Below are positions 13,910 to 28,605 of a DNA stretch of 64,000 nucleotides, piece by piece. Made by a program: the position numbers and the translations under genes. Source of the stretch: the human T2T-CHM13v2.0 reference genome, Homo sapiens; NCBI RefSeq assembly GCF_009914755.1, contig NC_060939.1. One strand, 5' to 3'. The notes below the pieces were generated by a model. That model made no database searches, was not told the DNA's origin, and worked only from the letters and a program-made list of their open reading frames with translations. Each line of letters begins with the position of its first letter. The stretch's first letter is position 1.

Positions 13910-14110
13910 TTTGATTAGCAGCTATTGAAGAGCCTTTACCCACCATGACAAATGAATACTCCATCTTAATGGCTGTCAGCTGGGCTGTGGTTTGCTGCCA
14001 TTGTTTGCCATTGTTTGCACACAAAAGCCTGATCCCATTAAGACCGTCAGATATTTCCTGCCATCGCATGGCCTCCTGCTCACAAACATTTGATGCTATT
14101 TAAAGCCTCT
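13910..14110. repeat. Probable ancient conserved repeat, MER121-like
   Basis: catgacaaatgaatactccatcttaatggctgtcagctg...cacaaaagcctgatcccattaagaccgtcagatatttcctgccatc resembles my recollection of the MER121 core; imperfect palindrome cttaatgg (13965-13972) / ccattaag (14035-14042). Confidence 0.5.
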
Positions 14111-14401
14111 TCTCAGCAAATATGCATCGGTCACATGTATGCACTGCCCATTAATTAAGGCCAGATTTGAAGCTCTCACAGCTGTCACTTCTATTAACTG
14201 ATTGCAGGGAATGTAGGACTTCATTTTTCTGGGAGATAATGTGAACATCGGAGAAAAGCCAAGAGATCTTCGAATCCCTGTGGCACTTACCTTGACTTCC
14301 AGGCTTGTAATGAAAAAGCTTCTTAGACAAAAAGGGACAAAAAGACCCTTTCACAGAAATCATAAACAATCTCTGCCAAGCAGGAGATTTAGTGGGTGGG
14401 A

Positions 14402-14427
14402 ACACACACACACACACACACACACAC
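14402..14427. repeat. (AC)13 microsatellite
   Basis: Direct reading. Confidence 0.95.
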
Positions 14428-14814
14428 TCTTTATTTGAGGCACCCTGGAAAATGAAAAGCTATCTGGGGAAAGTAATCATGTGAGAAGATGGCCTTGAAG
14501 ATAGCAGCTTGATTTTCTTTGAAAGAAAAAAGTGGACCAATTTACAGTAGTGACTTTGCTAAAAGGCTGAAAAGAGTTGAGTGTATTTTCTCTTCAGTCT
14601 CTCTTTTTCTAAAGGAAACACGTCATGGATTGATTGGAAAACATGATCTTCTAGTTATCAAATGCTTTAATTAATGGCAAATCAAAAACATACCAGACAA
14701 AGGTTGCCAGTTATCAAAAAATCAAATACTAATTTTCTCCCAGCTGCATGATTGGGAGCAAGGGTGTGGAGCTGGAGGTGAGACTGGAAATAGTCACAAT
14801 CATGATATTAATGG

Positions 14815-15050
14815 AATTAACGTTTATTGGGTGCCCACAACATGGCACTTTAAAAGAATGCATTTTCATAAATTATCTTATTTGACTCTTGAAAACTTAG
14901 ATGTTATCATATGCCCATTTTATAGATGAGGAAACTGAGGCTTGGCAAGCTTAAGCAATTTTCCCAAGGTCACCCAGCTGGTAGATGGCAGGGTCAGGAC
15001 TCAGATCTCAGTGAAGTCTGTCTGCCATGAAGTTCCTGTTCATAACCCTT
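14815..15050 (-). mobile_element. MIR SINE
   Basis: cccattttatagatgaggaaactgaggct...cccaaggtcacccagct core. Confidence 0.8.
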
Positions 15051-15176
15051 TGTTATCCTGGTACAGTGGAAAGCACGTGGGCTTTGGAGACAGACTAGAG
15101 TTTCATCCAGATTCTGTCATGGGACCTTCAACAAATTGTTTACCTTCTCCTCAACTGAAGTAAAATGAGGAAAATA

Positions 15177-15516
<340 letters not shown>

Positions 15517-15871
15517 TCAATGAAATAAGGGTAAACAAAAATCAGAGATACTCAAAGTGTTAGTTTAGGGGTATTCTGCACCCCACCTCCCATTTCATTT
15601 CATTCCAGTTATTTCTTTCTCCTGTCACTGGACTGAAGCTCCCACCACCTTCCGCTATGTTGTTCCTGCATTCTCCACTTCCTCTTGGCTCTTTGTCTTG
15701 GGGACCAACACAGAGAAATCTTTTTTTGCCCAGTTCTTCCCAGCAGTGCCTGCAGCTGTGCCTTTGACAATCCTGACCCCAGCTGGTCCCCGAGGACCTC
15801 CCAGCCTCCCACCTCTCTCCTCAGACTCCCATGCCATGACTGAAAAACAGGAGGACCTGCGAGGCATGTGA

Positions 15872-16223
<352 letters not shown>

Positions 16224-16633
16224 TCAAGTCCAATTAACTATTTTTCACCGTTGTTTACAGAGCTTTAACTTCTCATTTGCTTTCAAAGCACCTGCATTTA
16301 GAATTTTAGATGATAACTAAGATGGTTTGCATTACAAATTCTTAAAACATTTGGCTTTCAGAAACCATCTTGGGCTGTATACATGGAGAAAATGCAGTCA
16401 AGCCCTGAAGCCCAGGGCTAGGAGACAGCAAAGGAAAGAAAAAAAGGGAAACATGGGGAGCCATGATCTCAGTGTCGTGGAAGGCAGTGGCAGAGAATAG
16501 CTCAAGAGATGAGGGATGAGAACTGAGAAGACCCCACGTGCAGGGAAAGTGAAGCTACTGGCATCCTCAGGGAAGAAATGCCAGTAACCTGGTGAGGGTA
16601 GCAGTCTATGGCAGAAGGTTAAAGGAACAATGA

Positions 16634-17155
<522 letters not shown>

Positions 17156-17821
17156 AAAAGTGCAGGAAGCATCAAGCTTGGAGCCACAGTGAAAGTCAAG
17201 AATGTCAGTGATTCCACATTTAATATCTACATTTTTGCAGGGCAGTTACTCTTTTGTAGTATAACATTGAGCTGATAGCACATAGTGTAGACAAGTGAAT
17301 ACAGGATTCTCTGGGTTGTATTCCCAGAAGTCTGGAGGTCATTTGGATATTTGTGGGCCCTTGGCTTCACTCTGACTTGTGTGACACATAAAAATTGTGA
17401 TGAAATGTCCTATAGATGTCCTGCAGGTCTTAAAAGAACCTTTCCAAACTATGAAACAGCCCAGCAGCACTGAGTTAGAGGTAAATTCTGAACCCTTGAA
17501 CACTAAAACTATTCTAACTGCACATAGAATTGGCAAGTAGCATTCTATGTCTATGAACAGTATGTCTTTTCTATATAACAGAGAAAATCTTTTTAAGCAA
17601 ACTACTCAGTTTAAAACCTAATTCTTCTCATAATCTCAGTACTTTTGAATGAAGACATATCAATGCAACAGTACACTCTTATTCAGGCATTTGAAAGAAA
17701 GAATTCGAGATCTAGTTTGTATCAGATATTATAAATTAGTATGGTTTAGTCTTTGTCATGAAATTCTACTTAATTTTTGGACTATAGGTTTAAGGATGTA
17801 AGCAGAAGTTCTGCACCAATC

Positions 17822-18240
17822 AGAATAAGCTACATTATGCTTGAGTGACAACTACTGTAATGACAAAATATCAGTGGCTTAATACAATGGTTTTTCTCTC
17901 ATACTTGTTCATAAAGAGTCAGCAAGGACCCTGCTCATTATGGTCCCTCAGGGACCCAGGTTGTTGGAAGCTCCACCATTTTAGATAGCTCCCTTCAAAG
18001 TCAGCCATCTTTGCAGTCATGTCCCCCAACAGCTGCAAAATTTGCTCTGATGCTCAAGAATTGAGCATCGGCAGTTAAATGCTTCAACATGAAAGTGACA
18101 CCTGCCACTCCCACTCACATCCCATTGGCCAGAACTAGTCACATGGCCAGACCTAACTTCAGAAGGTTGGAGAATTGTAATCCTCCATGTACCCAAAAAG
18201 TAGAGAAGCCAGATACTGAGAAACATCAATAATGGCTAAC
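17822..18240 (-). mobile_element. MaLR LTR, MLT1 (J/K-like)
   Basis: tcagtggcttaa...cccactcacatcccattggccagaactagtcacatggcc...cctaacttcag motifs. Confidence 0.65.
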
Positions 18241-18872
18241 AGAAATCCATTCTACCATTCCCTTTGCCTAAAGTGAAAAGATGAGTACTTTCATCAATTT
18301 GTAAACTGTACTTTTGAAGTAAATCCTGGTAGCTTGCATGGGGGCTGGATTTCCAGAAAGCCATATGTAATTTGGGAATGACATTCACTTAAGCTCATAG
18401 AATATCATTATTTGATGTAAAATGCCCCCATTTGCAATACAGGACCAAAATGCACTAACCACAAAATTCCACTCCACAAGGGTCTGGGTTCTAATTTCTT
18501 CATTCTTTAAATGAGGCATTCTATGATTTGGAATGGAAGCCCAGTTGTAGTCGTAAGAATTTTACTTAATTCAAGAATTATTCTCACTGAATATGTGCCA
18601 GTTCTGAAAGGAATGCAAAGTCAAATTTTGCATCTTCTTTGCTCAAGGGCCTTTAGATGTAACAACACAGACATGATACAAGGCTGACAATGACATTATG
18701 ATTTAAATATGTTAAACAACTTATTAAATTGTGAATCAACAAAAAATTATGTTCTTTATTTTATGGTTTTGCATAGTCCTGACTCACTGCCTACATACCC
18801 CTCTTGTTCCTCAGTTCTTATCCCTGATTTCTTACAGGATGGCCTAAGACAGCTGTAGATGTTTTTATTTAG

Positions 18873-18902
18873 CAAAAAAAAAGAAAAGAAAAGAAAAGAA
18901 AA
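18873..18902 (+). repeat. A9(GAAAA)n A-rich tract with no adjacent Alu or L1 body
   Basis: Direct reading. Confidence 0.85.
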
Positions 18903-19072
18903 GCCAAGCCAGAAAAATATGTTACTCCTGTTAATGTTTTTTTCTTATTCAAAATAAAACTTACTTTAGCTTCATGAGAAATAATACATCTTACAATATA
19001 TATTACTGACTTTTTTCAGTAAAGATAGGTCAAGAAAGAAATTGTACTGCTCATTAGCCACCAAAATACTAG

Positions 19073-19417
<345 letters not shown>

Positions 19418-20016
19418 TAGGCAAATTTCTAATCCTAAATAGTGAAATTAGAGGGCCAACTGTGGCAAATCTAGGGGATAATTTATGGCAAGAGAGCCAG
19501 GGGGTTGCCAGGACTGGTCTCAAATTCTCCCTTATTGGATTAATTTCAGTGATGTAAGTTGAGGCCACTGACCCACATGACTCCTTCAGAACCGAGAGCA
19601 GGAAGGACAGCATGACATAGATAAAGTCCCAAGCCATGCTGATTATTGTTTAAAAACTTCAGGCTTTCCCCAAATTGCATGATATCTTAATCTTTGATTT
19701 CTTCTTATTTTAAGTGTAAAAATCCATCCCTTTATTTTATAAATCCTGATTTTGCCATGAAGCGGTCTCTGAACTCCTCAGCTGTTACTGCCCAGTTTAT
19801 CCCTTAATTCCAATTCCACCTACCATGTGGTTCATCTCTTGTTTATCTCCCCAGCTAGATATTAAGCCCATTGAGAGCAGGGATGTAACATATGCCACTT
19901 TTGATTTCTCTAAAGGACCAGGTCAGTGCTAGGCACACGGTCGATGTTTAATTAATCCTTCATTAATATAACAAGTCACCTGATGATTTAGATCTTTCCT
20001 TCAAAACCCACCTACA

Positions 20017-20017
<1 letters not shown>

Positions 20018-20047
<30 letters not shown>
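20018..20047. repeat. (AC)15 microsatellite
   Basis: Direct reading. Confidence 0.95.
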
Positions 20048-20049
<2 letters not shown>

Positions 20050-21298
20050 ACACACTCTGATCATTTAGTCTTTCCCTGAATGACTCCGGTGGTGAAGAGC
20101 TCACTTCCTCCCAAAACAGCCCTTCCATCTTCAGTCAACTGCTAATGTAATGAGCTAAGATTTACTGAGTGCCTACTATGTTCCAGGCATGGTGCTAAGC
20201 CCTTTACAGAGATTATAACATTAATCCTTACAGCAATCTTTTGAGGGAGGCATTCCCTAAGGCTTTGTTTCCCAATCACTACGTGGGATCAGTCCTTCTA
20301 TACCATTCCTCTGTAAGCCCCAGTCCAATGTCTTGGGACCACAGATAGGAAATCTAATCTTTCTTCCAAGTGACGAAGTTTCCAATGTGGGGGCTATCTA
20401 GCAATGCCTGTCTTCTTTTCTTCTTGTTAAACCCCCCAGGTCTTTACACCATTGTTAACAACAATCACTGAGTCTCATTGAACACTCACTGTAGTCCAGG
20501 TACTGTGAGGAAGGCTTTCTTTTTGTGCTTTAAATTATTTTTTCCCATTTATGATTGACAGAAAGGTTATGCGTCTTGCCTGAGGTCACACAGCTAGTGT
20601 ATAGCCAACAGAACTGCAATCCTGGAGGGGTGTGATTCCAAAGACAGAGTTTCTCATTACTGTTTGGCATCATTTCTACTTATGGTGATTTTCACTGTTT
20701 TAACAGTTTAGAATCCCTTATGTCACTTTCATAATAAAAGGGAGAAAAGGGCAAATACTTTGTCACAGAAAGAAGATTCATTAAAGGGATATTTTTAAGC
20801 CACTGTTTTCACAAGAAAACCAAATGCTAGAAAAGGTACAATGCTAAAAAGAAACTGTAAAAAAAAAAAATTGATACCTATACCACAGTAAAGTTATTCC
20901 AGGTAATTTAACTTTTGAGCTAGAAACCGAGGGTTCTCCTTGCATCAGGGTGCTCTCACCCTGTAGTCCTGAGAAGACGACCTGTTTTAGGCAAATACAT
21001 AAAACCAAATGGAATATATTAGAAAGGAAGTGTCACAGACCAGTGTCCAAAGGTTTTTGGAGGGCAGAACGTGGAGCAATGGACCGTACACAGAGAGAAG
21101 AGGATTTATTACAAGTCAGGATCATTCAGGGATGAACTGGCTTCCTTAATGGGTGGAAGGCTGCCTGTCACCGGAGAAAGTCAAACAAAATCAGATAGAC
21201 AGGGCTCTTGCAAGGACAGAAATGGCTTAGAAAGTTACCAGGCACCCAGGAGATCATCTGAAGGTGTGTTAAAAGTTAACATTAAGAGTCTAGGTTCT

Positions 21299-22001
21299 TT
21301 TAGAACGGCAATCATTAAAAAGTCTGGAAACAACAGGTGCTGGAGAGGATGCAGAGAAATAGGAACACTTTTACACTGTTGGTGGGACTGTAAACTAGTT
21401 CAACCATTGTGGAAGTCAGTGTGGCGATTCCTCAGGGATCTAGAACTAGAAATACCATTTGACCCAGCCATCCCATTACTCGGTATATACCCAAAGGACT
21501 ATAAATCATGCTGCTATAAAGACACATGCACACATATGTTTATTGTGGCTCTATTCACAATAGCAAAGACTTGGAACCAACCCAAATGTCCAACAATGAT
21601 AGACTGGATTAAGAAAGTGTGGCACATATACACCATGGAATACTATGCAGCCGTAAAAAATGATGAGTTCACGTCCTTTGTAGGGACACGGATGAAGTTG
21701 GAAATCATCATTCTCAGTAAACTATCGCAAGAACAAAAAACCAAACACCGCATGTTCTCACTCATAGGTGGGAATTGAACAATGAGAACACATGGACACA
21801 GGAAGGGGAACATCACACTCTGGGGACTGTTGTGGGGTGGGGGGAGTGGGGAGGGATAGCATTAAGAGATATACCTAATGCTAAATGACGAATTAATGGG
21901 TGCAGCACACCAGCATGGCACATCTATACATATGTAACTAACCTGCACATTGTGCACATGTGCCCTAAAACTTAAAATATAATAATAATAAAAAAATAAA
22001 A
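21299..22001 (+). mobile_element. 5'-truncated young L1 (L1PA3-like): ORF2 C-terminus and 3' UTR, sense to the gene
   Basis: ORF2 end ...KTKHRMFSLIGGN* intact; 3' UTR ctaatgctaaatgacgaattaatggg lacks the L1HS-Ta ACA; perfect 15-bp TSD aagagtctaggttct at 21284-21298 and 22002-22016; TT/AAGA endonuclease site; inserted in a MIR. Confidence 0.96.
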
Positions 22002-22341
22002 AAGAGTCTAGGTTCTGGGACTGGAATGCCTGGGTTACATTCCTGCTCAACATCTTACTCATCTTAGACAATTTACTCAACTGCCTCAGTTTTCTCATCT
22101 CTAAAATTGAAATAATAGTATGACTTTCCTCTTGGGGTACTGGGAGGAGTCAGTGAGTTAATTTAAATAGTAAAACATTTTTAAAGTGCCCATGCATATG
22201 CTAAATCATCTGGTCCGGTGGTCCTAACACTTTTTCATGAAAATGATCTTGTTTCCAAAGAAAAGAGATATAAGTAATCCCAACACATAAAACAAATTTT
22301 TTAAAACCACTAATGTGTTTTGTTAGCATAAATTAATTTCT

Positions 22342-22680
22342 TTTTTGAGACAATTTTTAGGTTCAAGAGTACATGTGCAGGTTTGTTGTATAGGTAAACT
22401 CATGTCACAGGGGCTTGTTGTACAGATTGTTTCATCACCCCAGTACGAAGCCTAGTACCCAATAGTTATTTTTTCTGCTCCTCTCCTTTCTCCCACCCTC
22501 CATCCTCAAGTAGGCCCCAGTGTGTGTTGTTCCCCTCTATGTGTCCATGTGTTCTCATCATTTAGTTCCCACTTGTAAGTGAGAACATGTGGTGTTTGGT
22601 TTTCTGTTCCTGCATTAGTTTGCTAAGGTTGACGGCCTCCAGCTTCATCCATGTTCCTGCAAAGGACATGATCTTGTTCT
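22342..22680 (-). mobile_element. Older L1PA (PA13-16-like) 3' end
   Basis: gtacatgtgcaggtttgtt...agcctagtacccaatagttattttt; TSD ttag(c/t)ataaattaatttct at 22323-22341 and 22681-22699. Confidence 0.9.
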
Positions 22681-24214
22681 TTAGTATAAATTAATTTCTA
22701 ATTAAAACATTAACATCTAACTCTTATACAGGCATTTAGTGAGCATGTGGCTATTTTGTCCATTAGAAAATTTAGCACAAGTAATATGGAAAATGATTTG
22801 GATGCCTTAGCGTTTACTTTATTTCTGAATTGTGTTTCAATTTACAACCTTTGAAGAGTTCTTAATTAACATAGGCAGGAAATTACAGACAGTCTCTTTG
22901 GTTGAATAAAAATGGGAGCAGTTTGTTCCAAAGGCTGCATAAAAATGAGTTAATGCAGAGATGTCTGGTGTGTTACACGTAGGCGTATACTGTGGTTGAG
23001 TATATATGATGTTTATCACAGTTCTTCACATTTTGAAAATATATCTTAAAGATTATGAAAATACTGAAGTAGAGCCTTGGAATAGCTTGAAAGCCACTGA
23101 CCTGTCTCATTTAGCAGACATGATTTATAGGTTAAATTAGCCCCAGTGACTGTCCAAGGTCTCAACAGAAAACAGTAGGACTCAGGCTAACACCAGGGTC
23201 TAACTGATTGTGGTTAAACCAGATGATCTCTATGTTTTCTTCTGTTCTAAGAGTCTATGATTCTAGCATTCTATGTTTAGTGGGAATACTTGCCAATAAG
23301 CCTGATTTTCTATGATAAGCCTCTTCTTCCTTCAATTGGTTAGGCCATTTTGTTCTTCTCTATACTACAAATCTGTTACGAAATGAAATTTCAGAGCTAT
23401 ATTTTCTGAAAAGGATAAATGTCCTTTGCTCCAAATTCATTTTATTTTTATTCCTATCCACTTCAGTTTGTATAAAATACAGAATTCTAATCTTCACCAG
23501 CAAGAATTTGTGGTTTTTCCTAATACAAACTGGTAACTGTAAGCTCCAGATTTACAAAAAAAAATTCAAATTTGACTTTCACGGCCAGCTAGGTCAATAC
23601 TCTATGCCACCTTTGTATTCTGTTCCTCTGACATTTTAGCTTTTATTTTTTAAAAACTGGTTCAATATGTTGCTGACTTTGAGTCACAGCAAGGAGGAAG
23701 ATGGATATCTTCATCTATGCTGCTGACATGGTTTTCCAGCCATCCTAAGAAGTGAATAAATCACTTTTACTGGTTACTAATCTGAATGGCTTTGTATCAA
23801 TCATGTCACCATTACCAACTTATTTGAGGCAGGGATTTCTCTAGTATTCAAGTAGACACTTCCAACAACTTCCTCTAGCAGTCCATTTCACCCCTCAGCT
23901 CAGGGGTAATGCCTTGGTTAGTTCATGGAATCCTTAGGCGGCAATAACGGTTCAAAAATGAACATTATACTGCAGCTCCTAGTAAGTTATGGATTTATAG
24001 CCTGCCCCTGCTCAAGAGCTCCAGAAGTTCCTTCAGCTTAAAGGTAATAGGCTGTTTTTCTATCATTATTTAAAAACACAAGTCGAACAGTGATTTCCTT
24101 GCAGCCCTCAATCATATACAGAATACAGTCTCAAAGCTGGTACCTCAGGGCTCAAAATGGGGAGCCCCAGGGTCACTAGGGTGACTCAAACCCAGAGGAA
24201 AGATGGTCTTGGGG

Positions 24215-24560
24215 TGTATTAGCCTGTTTTCATGCTGCTATGAAGGCCTGCCCAAGATTCTGCAATTTATAAAGGAAAGAGGCTTAATTGACTCACAATT
24301 CCACAAGGCTGAGGAGGCCTCAGGAAACTTACAATTCTGGTAGAAGGGGAAGCAAACATGTCCTTCTTCACATGATGGCAGGAAGGAGAAGAATGAGAGC
24401 CGTGCAAAGAGGGAAGCCTCATATAAAGCCATCAGATCTCATGAGAACTTACTATCATGAGAATAGCATGGGGGAAACTGCCCCCATGATTTAATTACCT
24501 CCCACCAGGTTTCTCCCACCACACATGAGATTTGGGTGGGGACATAGCCAAACCATATCA
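24215..24560 (-). mobile_element. THE1 (C/D-like) MaLR solo LTR
   Basis: tgtattagcc...gatttgggtggggacatagccaaaccatatca; 5-bp TSD tgggg/tgagg. Confidence 0.9.
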
Positions 24561-27500
24561 TGAGGAAATCCTGGCTTGTCATCGAAATCATACCATGGTT
24601 TTAGATTCCCTTTCTGATAATCGAAGAACATTCTGGAGGCCTGAGGCAGAGTGAGCCACCAGAAGAAATAGGAGCTGTCCAAAATAATTTAAAGTCCCAG
24701 GCCCTTGGGTTTGCTTTGGGGAAAAAAGCTTTTATCACAGCCTTTTGGTGCAACAGAAAACAAAATGTTTGGGAGAGGTTTTAGTACCAGCACTTCAGGC
24801 AGTGCATGTAGGCAATGGATAAGAGAGAACTCAAAGCTTCTGGGAAATTGGAGGTGTCCCATGTTTATAAAGGGGAAATTCAAGATGCAATTAAGACGAC
24901 TCCTTTCCAAGAAATACCAGGACAAAGCAAGTACTCCAAAGCCACCCAGTGCCACTTTCCCTCATCCCTCCACCTGTCCAACACGTGCACCTTTCAGTGG
25001 GTGCTCTGCACTTGCTGGCATCTGCTATTCACTACCATATTCCCTGTTTCAGTCACTCCATTAATCTCCTTGCCTTTGTGGCTTCCACCTTAAAACTCTG
25101 CTTTTGAGTTTTTGAACTAGATAGATACGAGCACAGATCCTAGCACTTGGCTGTGTGACCTCAGGCAAGTTACTTAATCTCCCTCTTTCCTCCATTATTA
25201 AAATGGTAGTAAATACATTCATCCTATCAGATAAGCAACAAATACCAGTTTCTTTTCTTTATATTGCTTTTCTTGGTGCTCAGGAGCACCTCTGCACACC
25301 TCTCTGAATAGAGGGAGCACACTTTTCTTATGGAACCTAAAGTCACCAGAGTCCATAAGTTGTCAAAATGGAATCCTTGATTCTTTTTGACTTTGGCTCT
25401 TTCTCTCTTTTAACCAGAGTTTGTTCTCTGCTGGAGAAATGCTTTTCATTTTACTTCCATATTTGCTGCCGTTTCACATTTTTAAAAGTATATTCAGGCC
25501 ATTCTCTAGCTAAATAACATTCCAATCAGCTACTGTTTAAGCTGGGAATTGATATCATTTATTTGTGTTTCTTTGAATTTGCCCTCTATGTTATCTTTAA
25601 CTTGACTTTAAATAAAACATAATATGCATTGAGTTCCTTCCATGTGTCAGATGCTTTTTACAAACATAAACTGGCTTCATCATCATAAAACCAACCCAGT
25701 AAATTAGGAGATATAATTAATAAATAGTGTCACTAATTATTACGTATTTTCACTTTATGACAGCAAAGTATTTTTGCTGTCAAAGCATAAGGACACTGGA
25801 TCATTGTCAAAATCCCTACCTTCACTCAGTTGTCCACACCTGGGTTAAGGCTTATTCTTGAGCGGCTGCAGCCCTGGGCACTCCCTTCCACCTGGAATCA
25901 GAGAATCACATATAGGCATAATGCCTAGGAGGAAGTAATCAGCTCGTTTAAGTGATGGCTGACATCAGGAGGCCTTTTGAGCCAGAAGAATGACATGATG
26001 ATAGCTGTGTCTTTGGAAGATAAATGTCACAACCACGTGCAGTATAGATTACCTGAAACCACAACATTTAGCCTTTATGCTTACACATCTGGGGGGCATG
26101 ATTTAAAAGCTCATAAATACAATCTGGATTTTAAAGAAGGGACTGGTGAAAATTAAGAATTTCAAGGTTCTACCAAAGAAGGTGAAGGATCGGTGTTTTT
26201 CCAACTGGTTTATGTGTCCTAAATATTTATGTATACAAGTGCATATTGTTAGTGCAGTCTCTTGGAAGCCATGTGTGGGCAGCAGATCTGCTATTGCCCT
26301 ACCTTTCAGTTTAAAGTTGCAAGAGAACGGAAATTCTCTGCCAGCATGAGAATCATTCATCTGGCTGCCACCTGAATTACTGTTAAGCAACACATTGAGT
26401 TTGACAGATAACCCTGTTCTTAGCCATCCTTCAAGAAAAGCATGAAGGAGCCTTCATGTTTAAACATTTCAGCCAAATTTCTTCCTTCTGACAATGCATG
26501 GAACACAATGTCTTTATTTCCTAATGAAATATTCATATTGGATGTATCTATGGTTAGAAGAGAGAATAATAAGGAATTATCTTTATTTAATTTCTTAGTC
26601 ATTCTGGTCTCAGAGAGCAAGCTCTCGGGTTGGGTAATGACGTCGCCCAAGGAACCTGATGTTTTTCATTGAGTTATAAATATCTCTTAACTTGGCAAAC
26701 CAATAGTTCCCATTCCCAGGATGACAAATGAGAAAAATCGTTACTATTTCAGTGGATAGTTTTGGATCTAGGAATTTGTTGTGAGAGGAAGGGTGGTGTT
26801 ATAGATGTCCCTTCATGGGGGGTAAATCAGCACAATATGGGACTTCAGAGGACTTCAATATGGGATTGCAAGGGAATCAAGAGACGCCATAGGAGATGCT
26901 GAAGCAGTGTGGCCAGGCCTCGTGGGAGGGGAGGCCTCGGATTGGGAGTAAAGCCTGTGTGTAAGCATGTTGGGGAAAGCCCGAGAGCAGCCTGAGAGAT
27001 ATAAGCGTATAGGTGGCCCTTGGTCAGTCATCTACCAGGCCCTGTTCTTACAAGAAGGGTTTCTGTTGTCCCAAGAGACAATACAACTAGCAGAGGAAAA
27101 AGATCCTAGACTTCGGGGCCAGAAGGCACTTATTTCAAACCCGCCGCCATCACTTCTGTGTGAGCTTTGACCTATTACTTACCTTCTCAGAGCTTTGGCA
27201 AAATAGGGATAGTAATTCTTACCTCCTGGTGTTGTTGAGAGAATTAGGCAGGATAACATATTAGGTAAGGTGCCAAGCACATGGTGAGTGGTCCAGCCGT
27301 AACAGCTGTCACGTATATCCATGGGGCCTCCTACTGCCTAAATCCCTACCAGATGCTTGAATGCCCTGATTGCATCTGTTTTCCACCTACAACTCATCTA
27401 AGACCATGACCCTACATGCCCAACCCATAGGCTCCATCCAGCAGTCTCCCTTGCTCTGTTTCTAAAATGAAAATAATCCCTTTCCAGTTTTTTAGGCTTT

Positions 27501-28296
27501 CCATAGCTGGTCTCCAAGACAAACCGGGAAAGACTACCAAAAGAAAGCATTTTCTTTAAGTTTTTTGTTGTTGTTAATGAGAAAAGTTACAAAGATAAAA
27601 GAAATCTCTGGAAGCCTTGATCACCATTGTCCCAGAGCATTATTGAAATGCAAATAGATTGTGACAGTTTACCTGTTACAGCTCTGTCTTCAAACACCAC
27701 TTGAGAATCATGTGAAAAGAAAGGGGGGTTTTGGTGGACAGTGCAAATACACAAGCCTCCCCTGTTGGTAGAGAAGTATATGTAGCTTGTGTGAAAAAGG
27801 GGATCCCATGGCCAGACTGCCAAGGGACGCGTCTCGAGGAGAAGGAGAGGCACAACATTTTACCAGCCCCTACTTCATGCCAGTTCTGAATTAGGTACCT
27901 TCATTTACACATTTCATTTAAGCCTCACAAGAGATTTGTGAATTATACTTTGATCCCTCATTTTACAGGTAACAAAACTAGGGCTCAGAAAATGATGTCA
28001 CCTGCGGGTGTAATGTGCATTATTAGGAAGGCCCTTAGGTGAACATTCATGTGTCTAGAAGAAAAGATGTTTTGAACATATGGAACGTAGAAAAGAAATT
28101 TTTGTTAAATTCTTTAAATCCCAGCAAGTGCACTTCAGATTCAAAGTCCTTAGGAGTCCCCCCATCACTCAGAGCTTCTCTTTGGCTCTTCTCCACCATC
28201 TCCTAGTTTCTCCTCTCCCTTTCCTCTCTGTCCCTTTCCTCTCTCTCCAGCACTGGAAGCAAAACTAGGCTTTTCTATTTAGCCAGATCTCAGGGC

Positions 28297-28605
28297 TTTT
28301 TTGTTTGTTTTTTGTTTTTTTGAGACAGATTTCATTCTTATTGCCCAGGCTGGAGTGCAGTGGTGTGATCTCAACTCACTGCAATCTTTGCCTCCTGGGG
28401 TCAAGCCATTCTCCTGCCTCCAGCCTCTCGAGTAGCTGGGATTACAGGTGCCCACCAACATGCCTGGCTAATTTTTGTATTTTTTTAGTAGAGATGGGGT
28501 TTCACCATGTTGGCCAGGCTGGTCTTGAACTCCTGACCTCAGGTGATCTGCCTACCTCAGCCTCCCAAATTGCTAGGATTACAGGCATGAGCCATGCACC
28601 AGCCT
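28297..28605 (-). mobile_element. AluS, antisense
   Basis: Full Alu body with T-rich tail. Confidence 0.93.

Noticed and set aside
21071-21778. 235-aa ORF
   Set aside because: The C-terminal part is L1 ORF2 joined by chance to an open stretch of flank; it begins at GTG and has no promoter or splice support.
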